Origin: Patescibacteria group bacterium
GTDB lineage: Bacteria > Patescibacteriota > Microgenomatia > UBA1400 > PJMF01
Length of the DNA: 64,000 nt
Assembly: GCA_016861085.1 (NCBI GenBank)
Contig: BOKR01000001.1
Span: forward strand, 3,271-67,270
Direction: 5' to 3'
Shown here: positions 57,607 to 64,000 of the stretch, piece by piece
Layout of the letters: the number at the start of each line of letters is the position of its first letter
How positions within the stretch are numbered: position 1 is the first letter of the stretch
Made by a program: the position numbers and the translations under genes
Notes under the pieces: model-generated
What the model saw: the letters and a program-made list of their open reading frames with translations, nothing else
What the model was told of the DNA's origin: nothing
Databases searched by the model: none

Positions 57607-58743
57607 TTAGGTGTGAAGTATATTTTCGGGGACTTTTATCTTAGTAACTTGCTCGAATGCCAGAAGTAAGAGGTGAATTTCTGATCTGGAATTGGCTACT
57701 TTGACAAGATATGGTCCTTCTAAGCCTCTATCAAACATCAGCTTATAACCAAGAATATTTGCTATTTCTTCATATTGAGAAGACTGAACTCTATTTTGGA
57801 CGCTTAATTCTCTCAGGTATTTTTGAAGTCTGCTGGCATGTTCTTGCGATACTGTATTTGGATAACCAGTGTTTTCCTTATTTTTTAGTTTTTTGACTTT
57901 ATTAGGGTGACGAATGACTGGTTTCAAACCAAACTCAGAAAAATCTATGTTTGGAAAAATGTGGTGAATAGCTGTGATTAGTCTGGGAATGGTATTTGTT
58001 TTTGTGGCGTATTCATAGATAAGAAAAACTTGCTGAGCTACTGTTACATTTCTAGCCCCGCAACAGCGAAAGTCATATTGAGCAATTATTAAATCTAAAT
58101 CAAAGCTAGACAAAGTCCTAAGCATGTTCATGACCTTATTTTGGGTTTTAGCATTTAGCTGCTCAGGAATTCTTCGGTTAATAGCCATTGGTTCTGGTTG
58201 AAATATTTTTAGAGCACGTTTCTTTCTTTGAAGTGTGCCGATGACTTTTTGTACTTGTCTACTCTTAGTGAGGTTATGCCTTTCTATCGCATCTAAAACC
58301 TCTAATACGCGTTCATAGTAATACCCCAGTGTATTAAGTTCATCCGTGAGATTTAACTCATCACATAGTGTTTCAAGATTGTGATTTTTGAAAAACAGGA
58401 ATTCCGCAGTGAAGACCTCAGCTATCTGTATTTTTAATTCTGGCTGAAATAATGTGGGATATTCATTTCGTTTTAAATATGGTCGTTCTTGGTAAACATA
58501 TTGGAGTAGAGGTGTTAATTTTTTTTCTGAAGCGACCCAAAAAACTACTTGTGAAGCCAACATAGTTTGGTCACTGGTAGCATCATATGGGACTTCAAAA
58601 TCTGAGGCTATAGCCTCCAGTTCATCTATAGAAAAAATGTGTGGGTCACCCAACCAATGTATAAGCTTCTGATACTTAGATTCTGGTTTTTGTGCATCAA
58701 CACGTTGAGCAGTCTCAATCTCTGTTGTAAGTGTTTTTTTCAT
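57607..58743 (-). CDS. hypothetical cytoplasmic protein (378 aa)
   Basis: ORF with coding-like composition downstream of the histidine kinase. No motif recognised. Confidence 0.4.
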   Translation of the reverse strand: MKKTLTTEIETAQRVDAQKPESKYQKLIHWLGDPHIFSIDELEAIASDFEVPYDATSDQTMLASQVVFWVASEKKLTPLLQYVYQERPYLKRNEYPTLFQPELKIQIAEVFTAEFLFFKNHNLETLCDELNLTDELNTLGYYYERVLEVLDAIERHNLTKSRQVQKVIGTLQRKKRALKIFQPEPMAINRRIPEQLNAKTQNKVMNMLRTLSSFDLDLIIAQYDFRCCGARNVTVAQQVFLIYEYATKTNTIPRLITAIHHIFPNIDFSEFGLKPVIRHPNKVKKLKNKENTGYPNTVSQEHASRLQKYLRELSVQNRVQSSQYEEIANILGYKLMFDRGLEGPYLVKVANSRSEIHLLLLAFEQVTKIKVPENILHT

Positions 58744-58785
58744 ATAATTCCATTATCGGTGCTATTATAGCAGGTAGCCTCAAAC

Positions 58786-58818
58786 ACAAAAAAATCGTCC
58801 GTTTTTGAGGCGGACGAT
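58786..58818 (-). terminator. intrinsic terminator downstream of rplA (minus strand)
   Basis: ATCGTCCG-TTTTTGAGG-CGGACGAT hairpin. An A7 run on the plus strand gives a U7 tract after the hairpin on the minus strand. Confidence 0.6.
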
Positions 58819-58845
58819 TTTCAATTTACGATACTTTGAGTGAAA

Positions 58846-59586
58846 TTATTTAGTAATTTCAAGTTTCACACTTGGACTCATTGTTGCAGATATTGAAGCT
58901 GAGAGCAGTCTGCCTTTTGCAGCTGTTAAAATAGCATCAATATTTTCAACTAGAGCTTTTTCATCCATTGAAGTTTTACCGATTGAAACGTGAATTACTG
59001 GTGTTTTTTTCTCTGATTTAAGATCAAAAGCACCTTTTTCAAGTTCAGCTTTTTTGATTTCTGGTTTTGGAGTAACGGTACCATTCTTTGGGTTTGGCAT
59101 TAAGCCTTTTGGTCCCAAAACTCGGGCAAACTTTGCTAATTTTGGCATGTATTGTGGGGCAGTGATCAAAACATCAAAGTTGATATTCCCAGCTTCAATC
59201 TCAGCTAAAAGAGCATCATCTACTATAGCAACACGTACAGTTTTACCTGTTGAGTGAGGTAATGTAATAGTCGCGACTTTACCTACTTCTTTTACAACAC
59301 CATCCAAGGTAATTGTGCCATCGAATTTTGTGTAAGAGAGTTTTTTGATAGTAGCAACTGCTTCAGTCACAGAATATTTTCTGGTTTTATCAACTTTTGC
59401 TCTAGTGCTAACGTATTTTTTGCTTCTGGATCTTTTTGGAGTAGTAGTTTTTACAACTTTCTCAACTCCTTCTTCTGATTTTGATGCTTCAGATTCGACA
59501 ACCTGCTGGGTAGCTGGTGTTTCTGCTTGCACTACTTTAATTGTATCTTCTGTCGAACTCATGTCGACATTTTTCTTTTTAGCCAT
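58846..59586 (-). CDS. rplA: 50S ribosomal protein L1 with about 50-aa Lys/Glu-rich N-terminal extension
   Basis: …KYSVTEAVATIKKL…, …RVLGPKGLMPNPKNGTVT…, …IHVSIGKTSM… 246 aa. Confidence 0.9.
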   Translation of the reverse strand: MAKKKNVDMSSTEDTIKVVQAETPATQQVVESEASKSEEGVEKVVKTTTPKRSRSKKYVSTRAKVDKTRKYSVTEAVATIKKLSYTKFDGTITLDGVVKEVGKVATITLPHSTGKTVRVAIVDDALLAEIEAGNINFDVLITAPQYMPKLAKFARVLGPKGLMPNPKNGTVTPKPEIKKAELEKGAFDLKSEKKTPVIHVSIGKTSMDEKALVENIDAILTAAKGRLLSASISATMSPSVKLEITK

Positions 59587-59685
59587 ATGGCCTCCTTATC
59601 TTCCTCTGTCGTTTTTGTGCGGGTTCTCACTTTTTGAAATCCCGTTTATTGCAATGCAATCTGTACGAAAGGGGTATTATTGATA

Positions 59686-60111
59686 TTACTCTGCGATTTT
59701 GACACCCATGCTTCTTGCTGCACCAATGACGGTATTCATTGCTGATTCAAGATTTTTGGTGTTCATGTCTGCCATTTTTTCTTGAGCGATTTCTTTTACT
59801 TGCTCTTTGGTTAGAGTGCCAACAAACTCTCTGCCGGCAGTTTTACTGCCACTCTTAAGTTTAAGTGCATGTTTAATCATTGCTGAAGTTGGTGGTAACT
59901 TTAAAACAAAAGTAAAAGATCTGTCTTGGTAAACTGTGATTTCTGCAGGAATGACTTGGCCTCTTTTGTCTGAGGTTTTATCGTTATATTGTTTCAAGAA
60001 ATCCATCATGTTGATACCAGCTTGACCTAAGATAGGTCCTACTGGAGGAGCTGGAGTAGCACTCCCTGCTGGAAGGTTTAACTTAAGGACGTTAAGGATT
60101 TTTTTTGCCAT
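59686..60111 (-). CDS. rplK: 50S ribosomal protein L11
   Basis: …LNLPAGSATPAPPVGPILGQAGINMMDFLKQYN… 141 aa. Confidence 0.95.
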   Translation of the reverse strand: MAKKILNVLKLNLPAGSATPAPPVGPILGQAGINMMDFLKQYNDKTSDKRGQVIPAEITVYQDRSFTFVLKLPPTSAMIKHALKLKSGSKTAGREFVGTLTKEQVKEIAQEKMADMNTKNLESAMNTVIGAARSMGVKIAE

Positions 60112-60135
60112 ATGTTTTTTTCGCGCGCGCTTTCT

Positions 60136-60756
60136 TTAGACTTTCTTTACTTGTAAGAAGTCGAGGGTAACCGGAGTTTCTCGACCAAAAATATTTACTA
60201 ATACTTCAACTTGACCTTTTTCTTCATCAATAGAGTTAACGGTACCCAAAAAGTCATTAAACGGACCATCAACGATTCTAATAGCTTCACCTTCTGTGTA
60301 ATCTGCTTTGTATTGTGGTGCAGCTTGAGTCATGTATTTCTTGATTGCATCAACTTCATGTTTTGGAAGTGGGGTGGGTTTATTACCAACACCAACGAAT
60401 CCAGTGACTCCTTGGGTGGTTCGCACAGCCAACCATGAGTTGTCAGTGAGTTCCATTTGAACGAGCATATAGCCTGGGAAGATTTTTTCAACAACATTTT
60501 TTCTTTGACCACGCTTAATCTGAATTTTTTCTTGAGTTGGGATCAAAACTGCAATAATTTTTTCAGTCAGGTCAAGTGTTTCAGCCCGTTGCTTGAGTGC
60601 TTCAGCGACCTTATTTTCATGACCAGAGTAGGTGTGAACCACATACCAGCGAGCTTTTTTATTTTCAGCTTCAGAAATGATCACGAGGTTTGGGGTCTGC
60701 ACCTTAACTTCTTGAACTTCTGGAGCTTGTAATGGTTGTTGTGTTTGATCCGTCAT
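60136..60756 (-). CDS. nusG: transcription termination/antitermination factor NusG
   Basis: NGN domain (WYVVHTYSGHENKV…). C-terminal KOW (GEAIRIVDGPFNDFLGTVNSIDEEKGQVEVLVNIFGRETPV). 206 aa. Confidence 0.9.
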   Translation of the reverse strand: MTDQTQQPLQAPEVQEVKVQTPNLVIISEAENKKARWYVVHTYSGHENKVAEALKQRAETLDLTEKIIAVLIPTQEKIQIKRGQRKNVVEKIFPGYMLVQMELTDNSWLAVRTTQGVTGFVGVGNKPTPLPKHEVDAIKKYMTQAAPQYKADYTEGEAIRIVDGPFNDFLGTVNSIDEEKGQVEVLVNIFGRETPVTLDFLQVKKV

Positions 60757-60774
60757 ATATAGTTTCTTTTTTCC

Positions 60775-60954
60775 TTACAAAATTGCTGAGAGCAGTTTTT
60801 GAAAAATTCCGTCTAACAGCGCTATGTACAATCCAATTCCAACGCTGACCCCAATGACAAGCAGTGTCATATCCTGAGTTTGCTTTCTGGTTGGCCAGGT
60901 TACTTTTTTTGTTTCTCGGACAACTTCTCTAATGAAAGTGACTGGACTTAGCAT
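60775..60954 (-). CDS. secE: preprotein translocase subunit SecE (59 aa)
   Basis: Translated manually: MLSPVTFIREVVRETKKVTWPTRKQTQDMTLLVIGVSVGIGLYIALLDGIFQKLLSAIL. SecE-like (…EL.KV.WP.r.e…) with a single TM. Canonical position upstream of nusG. Confidence 0.7.
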   Translation of the reverse strand: MLSPVTFIREVVRETKKVTWPTRKQTQDMTLLVIGVSVGIGLYIALLDGIFQKLLSAIL

Positions 60955-60968
60955 AGGGAGGTATTGTA

Positions 60969-62780
60969 TCAGTCTTTTTGTTGATTTTCAAGATTCGGCT
61001 TGACATCAAATGTTTTAACGTCAATTTTAGTAGGATCTACCTTAGTCGGGTGGTACATTCCAGTTGTTTTTGGCTTGCGAAGTCTGTGTAAGACGCTTGC
61101 AAAAATTGAAACGACCAGCAATAAGACCCCAAGTATCATCACAAAGAACGGTAGTTTTGACTCTGAGTTAGTAATAAGATTTCTGAGAAGTCCAAGCAAT
61201 GTTTCATCACCATCAAAACTGGTATCTGGCTGGATTCTGTCGGCAGCTGTTGCTGTTTTGGCTCTGAAATCAAGGTCATCATCTGGAATCAAATTGTCGC
61301 CTTTTTTAAGTGGAGTATCGCTGTTTGCTAGTTCAGCGGAGTTGGTTGCACTCCCAGCCTTATTAGCATACGTGTTAGAAACGGTTTGTTTTGTTACTGG
61401 ACTGCAGCTAGTACTACTTGGGTTGGTTGCTAGGCGACATTCACCTTCATAACAGCGTAAGTTTACGGCACAATCTCTATTAGAACTACAATCTTGACCA
61501 CACTGTTGAACAGTAGTTGCAGTTTGTTGTGTTGTTGGGGCTGTACAGCGATTATCTTGTGGGTTCTCAGGATTTCTACAGAAGCTGTTGTAGCAGGTAA
61601 GTCCTGTTTTACATTCGCTATTACTAACACAATATTCATTACAGTTTCTTACAACGGTCTGAGTATCATCATCACCGTCATTATTTGCAACTTGGCATGA
61701 AGAACTTGTTGGGTTGACTGCTAGGCGGCAGCGATTAACCCCATTTACTGGATAACAGAACATGTTCACTTCACAGTCACTATTATTGCTACAAGTCTCA
61801 TTACAACCTTGTACTGGTCGAGGTGGACAGACAGTTTGAGTTGGAGTACCTCGTGGATGACATTCAGAAGCACAAGAATACCAAGCACAATAGCTTAATG
61901 TGTGAGAGGAACAGGTTGCAGAGGTTTTAAAGGTACTACAATCTACAGGAGGTGTAGGAGTAGGGGTTGGTGTTGGCGTAGGTGTGGGTGTAGGCGTAGA
62001 CCCTGGATTTGGAGTACAAGTGGCACCGTCCCAGCACTTTGTAGCACCACAATCACAGCCCATGGTTAGGACATCTAAACATGCAAAGGATTCGCCACAG
62101 TGATCAGCACAGCTGTTAGGAAACTCTATCCATTTACCACCAGCTTGGGTACATTGTTTTTCTTGATTTGGATCAGTCCCTGTGCCGGTAATACTATATT
62201 TTAATGTTCCAGGTACTTTAACTAAAACTTCTAAGTTCAAAGTACTTGCATACGTTCTATCTTGGTCAAAGGTAATAACAATCTCTCCAGGCTGATGGGG
62301 AACGAGTTTCATTCTGATGAGTGACTTATCCTGTGGTTCAACAAACCAAGTTAAGTTGTTAGGAACGGCTACTACACTTACTAAATACCCACCAGTAATT
62401 TGTTCAACCTCAATTTTTTCAGCACTAAAGCCAGATCCTTCATTGACAATAATTTCTGGGGTATCAAGTGAATTGTTAAGAATGCTAAACACTGCATAGA
62501 CATGAGTAAATTTATAACCAGCGTTGTCTAGATAAAAAGCTGCTTCTCCAGTTTTATTAACAACAAAGGGAACTCTCAACTCTGGTTTGAGAGAAGGTTG
62601 GGTAGCTGTCAGCTTGTCTGAGCTGACTGCCTCACCTCGCAGGTCTTGGGGTTTTTCTAATGGATTTTGAACAAAAATGAGACCGATAATTCCGGCTGCA
62701 ACTAATAATGCACCAATATACGGGACCAAATTTCTGAAATTTTTTTGTAATGTATCAAGAACAAAACCTGTTTTTTGCAT
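60969..62780 (-). CDS. bitopic membrane protein with beta-rich ectodomain, (TP)n linker and four Cys-rich modules of about 35 aa
   Basis: N-terminal TM. PGSTPTPTPTPTPTPTPTPP linker. Repeated C-x3-C-x4-5-(D/E)C-x5-C(Y)-x3-4-C-R modules (CNETCSNNSDCEVNMFCY…, CNEYCVSNSECKTGLTCY…, CGQDCSSNRDCAVNLRCY…). C-terminal TM FFVMILGVLLLVVSIFASVL. 603 aa. Confidence 0.55.
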   Translation of the reverse strand: MQKTGFVLDTLQKNFRNLVPYIGALLVAAGIIGLIFVQNPLEKPQDLRGEAVSSDKLTATQPSLKPELRVPFVVNKTGEAAFYLDNAGYKFTHVYAVFSILNNSLDTPEIIVNEGSGFSAEKIEVEQITGGYLVSVVAVPNNLTWFVEPQDKSLIRMKLVPHQPGEIVITFDQDRTYASTLNLEVLVKVPGTLKYSITGTGTDPNQEKQCTQAGGKWIEFPNSCADHCGESFACLDVLTMGCDCGATKCWDGATCTPNPGSTPTPTPTPTPTPTPTPPVDCSTFKTSATCSSHTLSYCAWYSCASECHPRGTPTQTVCPPRPVQGCNETCSNNSDCEVNMFCYPVNGVNRCRLAVNPTSSSCQVANNDGDDDTQTVVRNCNEYCVSNSECKTGLTCYNSFCRNPENPQDNRCTAPTTQQTATTVQQCGQDCSSNRDCAVNLRCYEGECRLATNPSSTSCSPVTKQTVSNTYANKAGSATNSAELANSDTPLKKGDNLIPDDDLDFRAKTATAADRIQPDTSFDGDETLLGLLRNLITNSESKLPFFVMILGVLLLVVSIFASVLHRLRKPKTTGMYHPTKVDPTKIDVKTFDVKPNLENQQKD

Positions 62781-62866
62781 CGGTATCTTCAGTATAACCA
62801 GATTTTTTTAAGACTGCAACTAAATGAATGCAAAGTACTTGTGATACACTAAGGATACCTTAGTAA

Positions 62867-63784
62867 GTGAAAGTAGTAAGGAGACATATGTCTGAAATGC
62901 AAAAAAGAGTGAGAAAGGCAATCGTCACAGATGCTGGGTTTGCCAGTAGATATTTGCCGATCACTAAAACTGTCCCAAAGGGTATGCTACCACTTGGAAA
63001 TAGACCAATTATGCAGTTCATGGTTGAAGAATGTGCTCAAGCCGGAATTGAAGAAATAATCATTGTTGCAACTCCGGAAGGAAAGCCAGTGTATGAAGAC
63101 TATTTCAACAATGGAGTTAATAGAATCAGAAAGCAACTAGCGGCACAAGGTAAGGAAGATCGCTACGAACCTGTTCAGCATGTGCTAGATTTTCCAAAAA
63201 TTGTCGTAATTACCCAAGATGAGAGTTTGCCATATGGAAATGGTTCTCCGGTTGTTTCTGCCGCAAAATTTGTTGAAGGTGAGGAGGCATTTGTCGTTAT
63301 ATATAGTGATGACGTTGTTTTTGGTGAGCAAGGAGATGTAAAGACAATGGTTGATCTGTATGAAGAGAACCCAGAGGTCTCTGGAGTCATTATGTCTCAG
63401 GAAGTTTCGGCTGAAGTTGTTGATAAATACGGTATTATCAAATTTAAGAAAGACTCGGATACTGACCTTGATTATATCGTTGAGAAACCAGATAAGGGTA
63501 CTGAGCCTTCAAGATTAGCTTCTTACGGTCGTTATTTGTTAACACCAGAAGTTCTCAGCCATCTAACAAATGCTAACACTGGAAAAGATAACGAATTATG
63601 GACAGTTGACGCAATTACTAAAGTAGCCAAGACTGGAACAGTGTTAGTGGGTAAAACTAAGGGAGAGTGGATGACTACTGGTGATCCAGAGAACTACTTT
63701 AAGGCTCATCTAAAATTTGTGATAGACAACGAGAAATATGGCTCCAATGTTGAGGAGTGGATCAAAGAGATCAAGGGAGAGTAA
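62867..63784 (+). CDS. galU: UTP--glucose-1-phosphate uridylyltransferase-like sugar nucleotidyltransferase
   Basis: KAIVTDAGFASRYLPITKTVPKGMLPLGNRPIMQFMVEECAQAGIEEIIIV matches the GalU N-terminal nucleotide-binding motif. 305 aa. Confidence 0.75.
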   Translation: MKVVRRHMSEMQKRVRKAIVTDAGFASRYLPITKTVPKGMLPLGNRPIMQFMVEECAQAGIEEIIIVATPEGKPVYEDYFNNGVNRIRKQLAAQGKEDRYEPVQHVLDFPKIVVITQDESLPYGNGSPVVSAAKFVEGEEAFVVIYSDDVVFGEQGDVKTMVDLYEENPEVSGVIMSQEVSAEVVDKYGIIKFKKDSDTDLDYIVEKPDKGTEPSRLASYGRYLLTPEVLSHLTNANTGKDNELWTVDAITKVAKTGTVLVGKTKGEWMTTGDPENYFKAHLKFVIDNEKYGSNVEEWIKEIKGE

Positions 63785-64000
63785 TTTTTATTCGTAACAC
63801 GGTCTTTTTTGACTCTTCAGTATCTACTAAAGAGCTCATATACTAAACAGAGGCATGAAAACTGAGCACTTTAACAGTCGAGCGTGAAGGGACTACGAAT
63901 TTATTTTTCCTGAACACTTTTTTGAGGGTTCATGGAATATTCTGCATCACCGTGGTGGTGTAGATTTCCTACCCACCTGCTTTTTTGCGGGAAAATGGTA

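Noticed and set aside
1-64000. CRISPR arrays or other short tandem direct-repeat arrays
   Set aside because: Scanning intergenic regions found no regularly spaced direct repeats. The only repeated sequences are the protein-level repeats inside the fibre genes and the shared leader element.

Overview
Low-GC, gene-dense bacterial chromosome segment. Short overlapping genes, many conserved hypotheticals, giant surface proteins and a comEA/comEC DNA-uptake pair suggest a reduced, possibly episymbiotic Candidate-Phyla-Radiation-like (e.g. Saccharibacteria-like) genome; this is inference from composition and gene content only. Housekeeping genes recognised by motif are leuS, argS, thrS, an F1Fo ATP synthase operon, mreB, murD, ndk, ahcY, a PfkB kinase, an M16 peptidase, a tagA-like glycosyltransferase, galU and the secE-nusG-rplK-rplA / rplJ-rplL ribosomal cluster. 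RNA features are one tRNA-Arg(CCU), a T-box leader upstream of argS, and paired attenuator-like leaders upstream of leuS and thrS. The most unusual regions are: (i) about 11.6 kb of tandem giant membrane-anchored fibre genes with phage-tailspike-like C-terminal intramolecular-chaperone domains, one interrupted by a single in-frame TAA; (ii) a 7-gene cluster of Sec-secreted and membrane-anchored proteins; (iii) an F-ATPase operon lacking canonical atpB/atpE, with an inverted, shortened atpC and a C-terminally extended atpD; (iv) murD overlapping a PP-loop ATPase gene, possibly MurD2/MurL-like; (v) comEC split in two; (vi) a 6.6-kb insertion inside the ribosomal protein cluster. No CRISPR array, integrase or transposase was seen.
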